Assembly: GCA_964016885.1 (NCBI GenBank)
Contig: OZ024740.1
Location: 214,954,001-215,018,000, forward strand
Direction: 5' to 3'
DNA length: 64,000 bases
From: Eledone cirrhosa
Taxonomy: Eukaryota
How positions within the stretch are numbered: the stretch's first letter is position 1; each line of letters begins with the position of its first letter. Shown here one piece after another: positions 51,690 through 64,000 of the stretch. The notes below the pieces were generated by a model that saw only the letters and a program-made list of their open reading frames with translations, was not told the origin of the DNA and ran no database searches. Position numbers and translations under genes: made by a program.

Positions 51690-52295
51690 AGATGGTGAAT
51701 TAGCGGAGTTATTAGAATGTCAGATAGAATGACAGGATTGTTAGAACATCAAATATAATGGTAGAGTTGTTAGAACATCAGATAGAATGGTAGAGTTGTT
51801 AGAACATCAGATAGAATGGCAGAGTCGTTAGAACATCAGATAGAATGACAGGGTTGTTAGAACATCAGATAGAATGGTAGAGTTGTTAGAACATCAGATA
51901 GAATGGTAGAGTTGTTAGAACATCAGATAGAATGGTAGAGTTGTTAGAACATCAGATAGAATGGTAGAGTTGTTAGAACATCAGATAGAATGGTAGAGTT
52001 GTTAGAACATCAGATAGAATGGTAGAGTTGTTAGAACATCAGAGTCATTAGAACGTCAGATAGAATGACAGGGTTGTTAGAATGTCAGATAGAATGGTAG
52101 AGTTGTTAGAACATCAGATAGAATGATAGAGTTGTTAGAACGTCAGATAGAATGGCAGAGTCGTTAGAACGTCAGATAGAATGCTATATGGTATTTGTTC
52201 CGTCACTCTGCTCTCTGAATTCAATTTCTGCCAAGGTCAACTTTGCCTTTCATCCATTTGAGGTTGATAAAAAAGTACCAGTCTAGTACTGGGGT
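51690..52295 (+). mobile_element. Meta/MESC-like SINE whose head contains a 29-bp minisatellite (~16 units)
   Basis: tcagatagaatggtagagttgttagaaca repeated ~51710-52185, then B-box-like gaattcaatt and core gcctttcatcc...aagtaccag. Confidence 0.85.
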
Positions 52296-52834
52296 CAATT
52301 CTTCCTCTATATCTCTTTATTACTTCCATTCTCTCACTCTCTCCATCCTTCTCAGGAAGAAATCTACTGTATTCAAACCTGAAGAGGAGATGGGCTCCGC
52401 CAGGTTTAAGAATGCCCTACAAACATTGTATGTCAATACAGCCCCCCTAAGACACCCTTGGGAGTTATAGGACCACTTATAAATGTCTAACTGTGGACAT
52501 AAGTATGGCTGAGTGGTTAAGAATTTCGTTTTGCATTCATGAGGCTCCAGTTTCAATCCCACAGCATATCATCTTGGGCAAGCATCATTTACCATAGCCT
52601 TGGGTCAACGTAACCTTTGGGTCAACACAACTCTGAGGTCAATGTAACCCTTGGGTCAACACAACCCTTGTAAGTGATACTGGGTGGATAGAAACTGTGG
52701 AGGTCCAATAAATGGATTGTACCTGTTAATTCAAGGATCAAGATTTGTCACATTTTGTGTCATATAGATTTGGCTTGGGGATTACATTAAAGGTACATGT
52801 GTTTATGGAATACACAACCAGTTACATGTTGAAA

Positions 52835-53165
52835 AAGTGGTGACGATCATGGAATGAGTCCAAACTTGCCATCCAAGACCTTATCCAGGACCCCACATCA
52901 AAACGAGCCAGCTTTGACCTTCCTAGAAAGCAATGAGTGCCTCCTAATCAGATCCACATAACACATGCCATGACAGCCCATCATCTTCATCAATGGAAAA
53001 TGAAAGACAGCCCAGTATGTGACTATGGGGACCTTGACCAGAGAGTGCTACATGTTGTTCAAGATTGCCCCCTCAGACGTTTTCCCAGCAGCCTGGAGGG
53101 AATCTATAATACTACAAATGACACCTTAGTCTGGCTCACCAATCTCAATCTGTCTCTCTAACTAT
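52835..53165 (+). mobile_element. 3' fragment of an I-group (Ingi-like) LINE with degenerate zinc knuckle
   Basis: DPTSKRASFDLPRKQ*V...HLHQWKMKDSPVCDYG...HVVQDCPLRRF. Confidence 0.7.
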
Positions 53166-53924
53166 TGTGCATATGTCATACTAGAAGTGAGTAAGTAACA
53201 CGCTCAGTTGATTCAACAACTGAATACTCAGTGTTGAATTAACAGAGGGACCATCTTCAAATGTCAAACTAGAAATATAACAGCTATGGTTTCTTTAAAA
53301 CATTGAAAACAGACTCTAGCTGATGACATAATTACCACACAATACTTTCCCTGACTTCCCCCTTCCACACACCTCCAACGCCCTAACACCCCACCCTTCA
53401 TCCACATGCTCCTACTAGATCTAACTCTCCAATCCCCAAGCAACTCCCACACCCCAAGCCCCAATCCTCACTGTAAAGTAGTCATTTTGGAGTCACGGCA
53501 AAAAGCACCCAGCCCACACTGTAAAGTGGTCATTATGGTGCCATGCTAAAAAGGATCCAGACCACATTGTAAAGTGGTCATGTAGGTGCCACGATAAAAA
53601 GGACCCAGACCATACTGTAAAGTGGTTGTGTAGGTGTCGTGACAAAAAGTACCCAGTACACACTGTAAAGTGGTCATGTAGGTGTCATGACAAAAAGCAC
53701 CCAGCCCACACTTTAAATGTGGTTGTCATTAGGAAGTTGTATCCAGCTGTAGAAACCAAGCCAAAATCAGTTCTGTATGAGCAAAACACGGTCACCTGAT
53801 TTGGCTTGTCTCACAAAGGGACAACTAATCTAACCCATGCTATCATGGAAAAATGGGCATTAAACGGTGATGATGATGATGATGATGATGTTTCTTCAGA
53901 AACACATAATACTGTCGCTTCTGT

Positions 53925-54035
53925 AATGGTGCTAAAACGCCAGTAACTAAAGATAACACTCCTGTAGGTAATCTGATTAACTAATTGTATGAATGCATCT
54001 ACACCTATCTTACCTGAAGCTTTTAGCAATTTCCT
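53925..54035 (-). mobile_element. Short RTE-type LINE fragment
   Basis: LLKASGKIGVDAFIQLVNQITYRSVIFSYWRFSTI resembles the 'LK...IP.DW' segment preceding the RT domain. Confidence 0.55.
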
Positions 54036-54412
54036 AAAATTAATTGAGAGCTTAAAGATTTCCGATCTTTTTTTTTTCAACTTGCTATATGCCATCAATT
54101 TCCCTGTATTTGTATGCAATAAACTAAACTGAATAGAGTATATAGGGAGACAGTTATGATCTGTATAGCTGATTTTATAATATGATTGAGAAATAGGAAA
54201 ACTGTATATGCTTAAGGTCAGTCAGTCAGCTTACTGCTCTTCACCAACAAAATATGAAAATATAACTGAAGATAAATAAATAAAAAGTAAAACTAGAAGA
54301 ATTTCCAATTGTGATATCAGCCAAACTAAATATATTTATATGACAATATATGTATTCTTCACAAGAAGAGGACAAATTTAATGATTAGGAAAATCTAATA
54401 TTTCAGGTTGTA

Positions 54413-55469
54413 TCTATATATATATATAGAATTCTTTGTCTATCTTTTCCTTATGCATTCTCAAACAGCTTGACCAAATCAAATTAACATGTAATTTTTA
54501 TTTTCATTTGGATTAAAACAATATAACATTTTATCTAAAATATTTTACTATAGTCAACCATAATAAACGGACATTTTATAACACTATGATGACAACAATG
54601 ACGTCACGTTTTGTACATGAGTGTGTATGTGTTTGTGAGTGTATGTGTGTGTTTACATGTTCGTTATGTACGTTAGGCCTTAGTAAGTTACATACACATA
54701 CATCTTCACGTAAATATTTAATCAGATACACAGAGAATTAAACACACACACACCTACACATGTAATGACTGACAAGTAGATGTGTTGAGTGTATGTGAGA
54801 GTGTATGTGTGTGTGAGAATACAACTGACATAACGAAACCTGGGGGTGAAACTGTGTGTGTTTTTTTATAAGTTTCTGTGAGTGTATGTCTGTGTGTGTT
54901 TTTTATAAGTGTATGTTTGTGTGAGTGTATGTGTACCTGTTCGTTTATATTTATATTCTCATACCATTAAATTAGCAGTTAATACATTTGCTTATATTTG
55001 GTTAATTTTCTTATATTTGGTTAATTTACACTGCATATAAAAATAATAATTAATATATAATTATTTTGGATGTTGATACTTATTTGTTTACAATATTGAA
55101 AAAAAAAATGTTTTTATTCTAAAAATTCCTCTCATACCTACAGCTGTTCCATTTGAATTTAAGAGGCTTCAATTTCCAGTCAAACTAAGTTTTGTTATTT
55201 CAATTAACAAATCTCAGGGTCAATCCCTTGAGGTAGTTAGACTTGATCTCTCTACTACATGTTTCTCCTACGGTCAACTCTATATTCGTTGTTCATGAGT
55301 TAGAAGCAGCAACAATTTATTCATTTATGAATATTGTTTACCATGAGGTGCTTCAAGATTGACAGATTTTCATTTCTAAATTCTGATATTTTTTTATATT
55401 TTTTTTTATAAAATATAGATTTTGAATAAGAACAGCAGTAACCTGGGCAACACCGGGTCATTCAGCTAG
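54413..55469 (+). mobile_element. Non-autonomous Helitron retaining the C-terminus of the PIF1-like helicase
   Basis: 55110-55362: VFILKIPLIPTAVPFEFKRLQFPVKLSFVISINKSQGQSL...CFSYGQLY...NIVYHEVL; 3' hairpin acctgg/ccgggt (55441-55458); CTAG|T end. The 5' A|TC at 54413 is tentative. Confidence 0.85.
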
Positions 55470-56021
55470 TTCATAATTTAAAAAAATGCTCCTTAATTAG
55501 GCACAAGGCCAGCTATTTTTGGTAAGCAGAACATCAATTAAATGAACCCCACTTGGTTGTTCTTTATTTTATCAACCCTGTAAAGGTGAAGTTGATCCCA
55601 GCAGGATTTGAACACAGGACATAAAAAGCTGGAACAAATGCTGCAATACTTTGTTAATATCTATAATTTAAACATTGCTTTCACTAAAGAGGTCTTATTG
55701 TTTTTGTGAAAAAGATCCCTGGCCAAAATGTCAATTTTTTTCTTTTTCTTGTAATATACTTTTATTATATTTATTAATCATTTTTTACATGACTTAGACA
55801 TAGTTAGAGGTGACCATAATGTTTTTCAGGGACTCTGAGACAGGTGGGAGGAAGGAAGTTATCCCTAGACCAGAAAAAAGGCCTAAATTCTCACAACAGA
55901 CTGGAATCTACTAAAGGCATCCAAACACAGATAATGGAGAGCAAACCACCATTCAAATCGCAATTAAAGTTGGGGTTTATTCTTAATTATTTTATATTTA
56001 ACCTTGATAGTAACAATACTT

Positions 56022-56057
<36 letters not shown>

Positions 56058-58199
56058 AAGAGAGAGAGACTGAGTGTGTGTGTGTGCATGTGCATGATGC
56101 ATACATGGTATGTCTGTCTTTCTGGCAGTTATTTCTGGTATCTGGAGGGTTGTTTGGGCACTGAATCAAGTCACTAACAGCTCTTCTGGTTTCATAGGAC
56201 AAACAAAAGTGATATTTTAGAAAACTTGTGACATTCATAGAAGCATTGGTCTGTTGCCAGTGCATAAACTACATGCTTTCCTTAATTAGTCACCACAACA
56301 TCATTTAATTAGTCACACACACTCTGAGGCCAGACCAGGTACTAATCCCAGAAGCTCCCTGGCAGATATTTATATTAGGACCCTCCATTCCCTGAGAGGA
56401 TCTCATTGAAGAAACCAGTGAGAGGAAGGGGTTAAAATATGCAGAGCTGGTGGAAGTATGCTGGTACATGTGGCAAGGGAGGTGTGAGCCCATTGTGGCT
56501 AAATGTAGAGTGTTTGCAGGCTAGTCCCTCAGAGGAACCTTCAAGATACAGGGCAAAACAGGAACCAATGAAGAGCCATCAAGTTAGCCACCAAAACATC
56601 AGAAGTTGTTTCAAGGGGGCTGTGTCTTCAAGAAGGTAAACAATGGATGGGGAAAATACTATATATGGTAATGGTGCCTGGACACAAGCCCAGAGCTTGA
56701 TCAACTCCAGGTGGGTCACCAGAGTGAGGATGTCTGATGTTAAAAGCATGAAAACACCCAAGGACCCCTGGTAACAGCACTGATAATGTGTTCAGTTGTA
56801 TTACAAGATGATGTTTGAAGAAAAAATGTGAAGAAAGTAAAATGTTGTTAAATTTGGAAGAAGCCAAGTCACAAGTCATCAGATGTTGATTATGAAATAG
56901 AAAATAAAGAAACCAAATAGCTTACTGATAGTTATAGATTGTTAACAGAAATGTTATGTGATGTGATTAATACTTTGAAGATATATTGAGTTTTGCGTTG
57001 CCAGAAGCTTTCATATTGATTTTGTATTACAATTGGTAAATCAGCGGTTCACTATATTTCTGACAGTGACACTGTTAAAGGAATGTCTGTAACTCTGTGT
57101 AAAGAATTTTCTTCTCACAAAGGACTTAATTTAGTTAGCACTACTGTTTATAACCTTCGATGATGTATATTGGCAAAAGATGTAAACATAGATACATCAT
57201 CATCATCACCATTTTTCCATGCTAGCATAGGCTAGATGAGTTGTCCCTTTGAGACAAGCCAGATCAGATGATCATGTCTTGCTCCTACAGAACTGTTTCT
57301 GGCTTGGTTTCTACAGCTGGATGCCGTTCACAATGCCAACCACATTTACAGTGAGGACTGGGTGCTTTTTATTGTGGTATCAAACCTACCACTTTACATG
57401 TATACCCTTTGTGTATGGTTGATTCTTTTTACTCACTGACATTAGCCAATGGAGGTCTATGTAATGTTATAGATCTGCTACAAATAGTAGCTACATATCT
57501 CTCTAATTTCATCCTACCTACACACTGGATGGTTTGATGGCCACTCTACTTGGGAAAGAGATCTGATTATCAAGGATGCCTTTGATCTTAAGTATACTCA
57601 GTCAAGAATGTTCCGGAGCTAAACAACAATTAATGACCGACAAACACAAAAACACACACTATATCATCCTATATATAAAAGCTACTGTCACTGTCATGGT
57701 ATCTTGCTGCCTTTAAGATATCATGTTAGCAGCAATTTTCTATTATATTAAAAGTACTCAAAAATGTTCATTCTGTTTATTTAGTACATAATGTATAAAA
57801 TAATAGTTCAAAGAAATATCTACTTCTAGAAATATATGTGATAATAGTACAATGCCTCTGCTACCAGCAACTCTCTTTAAACTAACAATACTTTTGCTAA
57901 ACCAAGGAAAATGGAGCAATTTTATTAAACACAAGAAAGTCACACTGAAAAAGTGAACAACAGCAATTGAAAAAAGTGCTTCTGATTTTTTTTTTTTAAT
58001 ATTTCTAATGTTTAGAGTTTAAAAAACTTACACCATTAGTGATATTGAATATTGGTCGATATTCAAATTTTCAGTTATAAAACTTTGAACAGACAAATTA
58101 TTATATTTGGCAGTGGAAATAGAAGAAGTATAGATTTTATCATAAAAGAACAGTACAACACATAAGATCACCCCTGATAGTGTATGTAGGACTAATATT

Positions 58200-58380
58200 A
58201 ATCATGTTAGTGCTATACACAGTAGTAGGGTAACAAACCTAGCCATGTATGAGAACCCCTCAACCCTCATGTTAGTGCTATACACAGTAGTAGGGTAGCT
58301 AACCTAGTCATGTATGAAAACCACTATACACAGTAGTAGGGTAGCTAGCCTAGCCATGTATGAGAACCACTCAACCTTCA
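58200..58380. repeat. Three imperfect tandem copies of a ~55-65-bp unit
   Basis: ctatacacagtagtagggta...cctagccatgtatgagaacc repeated. Confidence 0.85.
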
Positions 58381-58399
58381 TTGAATAACTGCACAACCA

Positions 58400-59150
58400 C
58401 TTTCTCTTTTAGATATAGAAAGATATTGTGGAAACACCTCAGTGGTGACAAGTTGATATGTGCTGTGTTCAAGAAGTAAGATGGAGGGCAGCATTGGCCA
58501 GAATCTTCACAAGGACACAGTTTAGATACATGCTCTTCTGGGTAGAAAATGATGATGGGGTAGGTGGAGTAGGCATTTTACTAGGTGAAAGAAGTGGATA
58601 GATAAGGTAATTGAGGTAGAGTAAATAATGGAATTATCAAACTTAGAATAGTCATAGGCAATAGAATAATAACAATTAACTCTACTTATGTATTACAGTC
58701 AGGACTAATAAAATGAGAAAAGGACAATTTCTATAAGGACCTCTTACAGGCTCCAATAATGGATGACAGCAACTTCAATAGACATATTGGGCAGCACAAA
58801 GATGGCTATACTGAAGTGTATGGTGGCTATGGATATATGGCTTGAGAAAAGAAGAGAGATCAAGACCCAGAGAATGTGGTGAGGTAAATGACTTAACTAT
58901 TTGAAACACTAACTTCAGTAAACCAGCTAGCCACTTAATCACCCACCAATCAGGTGAACACACAAGTCAGGTTGATTTCTTGCTTATTAGAAAACAGGAT
59001 AGATGGTTATGAATGCTAAGTCTCTGCTCGGAGAAGAATGCAACCCCAACATAAGTTAGTTATCAATCGCATCAGAATAAGAACTAGACAATAGTTGGAG
59101 ATGGTTACAGAAGCTAAAAGACGTTTCTGTGATATATAAGTTGAGAAAGA
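58400..59150 (+). mobile_element. RTE-type LINE 5' part, AP-endonuclease remnant
   Basis: IVET...VDMCCVQEVRWR, GVGGVGILL, NTNFSKPASHLITHQSG, SQVDFLL. Confidence 0.85.
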
Positions 59151-59154
59151 CTCT

Positions 59155-59592
59155 ATATGACATGGAGGATAGTTGGAGGTTCCTAGGGTGGGAGGAGATA
59201 GACACCATATGACATGGAGGATAGTTGGAGGTTCCTAGGGTGGGAGGGTGGAGGAGATAGACACCATATGACATGGAGGATAGTTGGAGGTTCCTAGGGT
59301 GGGAGGGTGGAGGAGATAGACACCATATGACATGGAGGATAGTTGGAGGTTCCTAGGGTGGGAGGGTGGAGGAGATAGACACCATATGACATGGAGGATA
59401 GTTGGAGGTTCCTAGGGTGGGAGGGTGGAGGAGATAGACACCATGTGACATGGAGGATAGTTGGAGGTTCCTAGGGTGGGAGGGTGGAGGAGATAGACAC
59501 CATATGACATGGAGGATAGTTGGAGGTTCCTAGGGTGGGAGGGTGGAGGAGATAGACACCATATGACATGGAGGATAGTTGGAGGTTCCTAT
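59155..59592. repeat. G-rich minisatellite, 59-bp unit, ~7.5 near-perfect copies
   Basis: atatgacatggaggatagttggaggttcctagggtgggagggtggaggagatagacacc repeated. Confidence 0.95.
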
Positions 59593-59802
59593 GAGTGGGG
59601 AGCTTTCTATGTATCTTTTTTTTTAATATCATAAAAGCTGTAAAATCAGATATATTCAGTTTTGCACAATTAAAATAAATAAAAAGTCAAACTTTCAAAA
59701 AATCCTTCAAATAAACACAAGATTTCGTAGCATTTTCAGTCATTTTCAGTCATTTTCAGTTTTCATTTTGAAGAGAAAAGTGAAAAATAAAAATCGACTT
59801 AC

Positions 59803-59941
59803 ATTCGTCTCTGAAGCGTGGCTCTGCATTTGGTCCTACACGAGCAAATGTTCGAATAATTTCCATTTGTACAGTATGTTGATCTCGATATACTGGGTCA
59901 TCTAAGAACGTTTGTAGTTGCATGTAAACTCTGTCCAACAT
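59803..59941 (-). CDS. RELCH: Internal coding exon of RAB11-binding protein RELCH (KIAA1468; LisH and HEAT repeat protein)
   Basis: Acceptor ttttttAG| and donor |GTAAGT bound 139 nt. MLDRVYMQLQTFLDDPVYRDQHTVQMEIIRTFARVGPNAEPRFRDE matches my recollection of vertebrate RELCH (LERVKMQLASFLEDPQYQDQH...RVGPNAEPRFRDE). Confidence 0.88.
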
Positions 59942-61179
59942 CTAAAAAACAAAGGATAGAAAAGACACTCATATTACTTAATCAAATTTATCATGATTAG
60001 ATTCCATACCGCAGCATCCTTCACATGGGTTAACGAGGGAAACCTATTATAAAAATATATTGAAGCCTCCATTGCATGCTGTAAAAACTGGTGATGGGCC
60101 TGTGACCTGTTTTGGGAGGTGTGGGATGGACGCACAAAGATTGCATAACCTAAGACCCCCAAAGAGTTGGATCCAGCCAGATCAGATGGAAAGGGTTGCT
60201 TCTAACAGGCCCACTGGAAGGAATGTCTGAGGGCTCAGCCCCCATGACCCTTGCAAGAAGATGATGATGATGATGATAAGGAGGAAGAGGAGGAGGAGGA
60301 GGATTAGATGCTTATAATCTAAAAAATAATTAAATATCCAATATATTAAAATGTTCACATATTCAATATTTCACAATCTTGTAATTGTACCTCAGCTCTA
60401 CAGACATATATATATAGTGTCTATTAAAAAATATCATCAATTTTAATTACAATTCTTTTAATCAATTTTGAATATTACGAATCGTAATTATTTTATATGG
60501 ACTGTGATCATTGATTGAGGAGAATTTTTTGTTCACTTTAGAAATTTAATCATCTAAAATACCTCAGCTTAGTGGTATTCAACGAGAATATTGTCATATT
60601 TAAGACTAGACCACCCACTTGAGAGTTGAATAAATGTCATGAAATCTCAAACCAATTTTTACTAAAACCAGTATCAAAATAGAAAAAAGAAGACTAAAGA
60701 AGTCTTAAGAAATAAAATATTAAAACAGAAAACCAGTCAAAAGATAATTCAAATTAATATTTGAATTATTTTTTTAAGGTTCTATAGCTACAAGTCAAGT
60801 CATTTTTTTTTTTTTCTGAAAATTACAGCTAACATCATCCTACAATCAGCAAAGAAAACTATTTATAAAACACTATTTTCAATATATCAAAAATACTCTT
60901 TATGAAATATTTTTTTAAAGGTGTCATAACTAACGTAACTAAACTTATATCACATCAAGAAACACTGGTTGAAGTCAAAAGTGTTATGAATTATTAATTC
61001 ACCACTAAATGATATCAAACATAGTAAAAAAAAACTAATTTGTCATAGAAAAAAAAACCGCTGATGTAATTCTAGCCATATATCTATCTTCTACCAGGTG
61101 GTTTCATTAACAATCCCACTACAGAACACCTAATGGCTACTATAATTTGTTTCTACCATTTTGCCTTTATCATCTTGCC

Positions 61180-61940
61180 CTGTGGTGGATTGGCAGCATT
61201 AGTAAAGCATCAGATAATATGCTTTGTGACATATAATTACTTCCCTTTATGTTCTGAGTTCAAATCCCTCAAAGGTTAGCTTTGTTCTTCATCCTTAGAA
61301 AGTCAGTAAAATAAAGTACCAGTAACGCACTAGAGTCGATTTAATTGACTTTTCACCTCCCTCAAAAAATTGTTGGCCCTGTGCCTAAATCAGAAACCAT
61401 AATTATTATTATTAATGGTGGGTTGGCAGTATCGGTAGAGGGTCGGACATCATGCTTTGCAGCATAGAGTTACACCCCTTTACGATCTGATTTCAAATCC
61501 CACCAAGGTTAACTTATGGGGTCAATAAAATAAAGTACTAGTAATGCACTGGGATAATTGCTGGCCTTGTGCCAAAAGTAGAAACTATTATTAATGGAGG
61601 TGGATTGGCAGTATCGGTAGAGCATCAGACAACATGCTTTGCAGCACAGAGTTACGGCCCTTTACGTTCTGAGTTCAAATCCTACCAAGGTTCGTTTTGC
61701 CTTTCATCCTTACCAGGTCAATAAAATAAAGCACCAGTGAGTAGTACTGGGGTTGATTTAATCGACTTTCCCTTCCCCTTTAAATTACTGGCCTTGTACC
61801 TAAAGTAGAAACAATTATTAAGTGTGGTGGGATTGGCAGTATTGGTAGCGTGTTGGACAACATGCTTTGCAGCATAAAAGTGACATTACTTTACAACCTG
61901 AGTTCAAATCCCACTGAGGTTAGCCTTGCCTTTCATCCAA
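61180..61940 (+). mobile_element. Head-to-tail array of four Meta/MESC-like SINE copies
   Basis: Heads (g/t)ggattggcag/gggttggcag at ~61185, 61418, 61600, 61828, joined by attatt linkers. Confidence 0.9.
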
Positions 61941-62719
61941 TAGACTGTTTTAATAATGACCAACCTAGGTGCCCAACTATGGTTCAACGTTTGCAATGAG
62001 AATGTATCAAATTATATATTAACATTTGATACCAGCCTGACTAAAACTAGCTCCGGTTTTATCAAACAAAACCACACATTTTAAAGGATTTCTATAAAGA
62101 TTATTCCTATATAAAATCTTTTCTCAACCTACTCATGCTTATGAAAGTAAATCTAATCCACATGGCCACCACCATAAATAAAACTTAAGGGTCAGTCCAC
62201 ATCGTGGTCCCAGCCAACTGACAGAATGGAGAAGACATTGTTCGAGTGGAAGGGGAAGGACATGTGTTGCACCAGCAAGTAGGGATGTGGTCCTAGGAAC
62301 CAACAATGTCGGAAGTCTCAATTGCCACAGGCTCAACCACAAACTTATCAGAGAGTGGCCAAGTAATAAATAATCATTTTAGTAAATCTCTTTAAATTCT
62401 TTATCAAATAATTGAAAGAGTGTATTTTATTAAAAATATGGTCGCAAATGGGTTAACTGCTAAAACTTTAAATGTAAATAATATATATTTTATTTTTATT
62501 TGGTTAAACATGCAGAGAAAGAAAGCAGTATTGAAAAGAGCTATAAATGTTTTCTTGTTGTTTTTTGGGTTTTTTTCTGAACCAACCATTAAACAGGCAG
62601 AATTAATATATTTAGATATATAAACCGCTTAACAGAAATTGACAATGACAAGCTTCTAGTGAAAATGGTTTCCATATTATCCAATGCTTTTTACTGATTC
62701 ACCCATTATCACCATCTTA

Positions 62720-63325
62720 ATAATAATAATAATGATTTCTTTATTAACCACAATGGTTTACATAAAGGAAAACATTGAGGATGGCTCAAGCATGGGTTTC
62801 TGCATGTATAAACAGAAACACAATAACAAAAGATAAAACAAAAACTAATTTCCTAATAAGGGGGAGACCACTGAGGGTTACTCATAGAGAAGGCCCACAA
62901 AAGTCATGGTCACCATGGCTGCTAGGGCAAGCACTCTCTCCCAGTTGTCTTCCTTCAATACTACAGTCACACAGGCCATTCTTGCCTCTCTCACCCACCT
63001 TTCAACAAACTGGCTGGAAGGCAGCACTTCCCTCTCCAGCCTGATTTTCCTTTTCAGATGAAAGCTGAAAAAATTAATGAGAGTGTCACGGAAGAGGAAA
63101 GTGCCCATCTTCAACCCTTTCAGACACATCCACCATATGACCTCTTTTACCATGGCCACCAAGCAGATAAAAACTGTCTGCCCTTCCTGGTTAAAGCTGA
63201 TAGCCAGATCCATCCTACATGCGACAGCAAATGTTTGACATAAACTCACAAGTCAGCGATACTCGGACACAGGACGAGTGCGTGCAGGACAGTCTCGTCG
63301 CTCCACACGCCTCTCGAACAGGCCA
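62720..63325 (-). mobile_element. 3' fragment of an L1/Tx1-like LINE with zinc-knuckle remnant and (ATT)n tail
   Basis: DETVLHALVLC; FHLKRKIRLEREVL...FVERWV; aataaagaaatc(att)n at the 3' end; a similar end occurs at ~14275-14350. Confidence 0.75.
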
Positions 63326-63421
63326 ATAATCTATACTATAATAAAGGGAGGCGTGCGGGACAGCGTCCGTTTTATATTTTTTAATCCAACTAGTAAAATA
63401 AGTTGGATTACTTTGAATAAA

Positions 63422-63917
63422 TAATTGTTTCTATTTTAGGCACACAAGGCCAGCAATTACCCAGTACATTACTGGTACTTTATTTTATCGACCCCGTAAG
63501 GATGAAAGGCAAAGTTAACCTCGGCGGGATTTGAACTCAGATCATAAAGGGACGTAACTCTATGCTTCAAAGCATGGTCTCCGACTCTCTACTGAATGAA
63601 TATTACATAATTAATCTACTAAATTTCGTAGCTGTTGATTTAACATAAATATTCTTATATATAATGATTGCTTATTTTAAGATTCACATCTTTTAAAATT
63701 TTCAAATGTCAATACTTCTGGTTATAATATAATTGTTTCTACTATTGGCACAAGGCCAGCAATTACCCAGTACATTACTGGTACTTTATTTTATCGACCC
63801 CTTAAGGATGAAAGGCAAAGTTAACCTCGGCGGGATTTGAACTCAGAATGGCAAAGGCCGTAACTCCATACGTCAAAGTATGGCATCCGACCCTCTACCG
63901 ATACTGCCAATTCACCG
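63422..63917 (-). mobile_element. Two young Meta/MESC-like SINE copies (~63422-63595 and ~63730-63917)
   Basis: Near identity to 7442-7624. Confidence 0.9.
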
Positions 63918-64000
63918 GACGATATATTATATCGATTATATAAACATTCATATATTTGCATCGTTATATCAAAATGTTTCTATTTCTGTCTCTAATTTTT

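Noticed and set aside
51710-52185. 29-bp repeats as a CRISPR array
   Set aside because: Units are contiguous with no unique spacers, the context is eukaryotic, and the unit derives from a SINE head.

Overview
AT-rich, repeat-dense eukaryotic DNA, most likely from an octopod cephalopod (inferred from the SINE families and the (TA)n/(CA)n/(GA)n load). Nearly all ORFs in the supplied track are microsatellite artefacts. Genic content I can support: (1) one large coding exon of a class A GPCR (+, 44399-45630) with degenerate DRY and NPxxY motifs, plus a candidate first coding exon 28 kb upstream that joins it in frame; (2) one internal exon of RELCH/KIAA1468 (-, 59803-59941), whose downstream exons I could not find, so the GPCR may be nested in a very large intron; (3) a candidate first exon ending ATG|GTAAGT on the minus strand near 2118. 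The rest is mobile DNA: several RTE-type LINE fragments, an L1/Tx1-like and an Ingi-like 3' fragment, two decayed Penelope-like (RT + GIY-YIG) elements, a non-autonomous Helitron, MITEs, three or more tRNA-derived SINE families, and minisatellites. The most unusual signal is a set of short elements next to (TA)n tracts that carry hammerhead-ribozyme motifs and recurrent fold-back ends, in three sequence families. Everything was read by eye; no searches or folding programs were run, and repeat boundaries are approximate.
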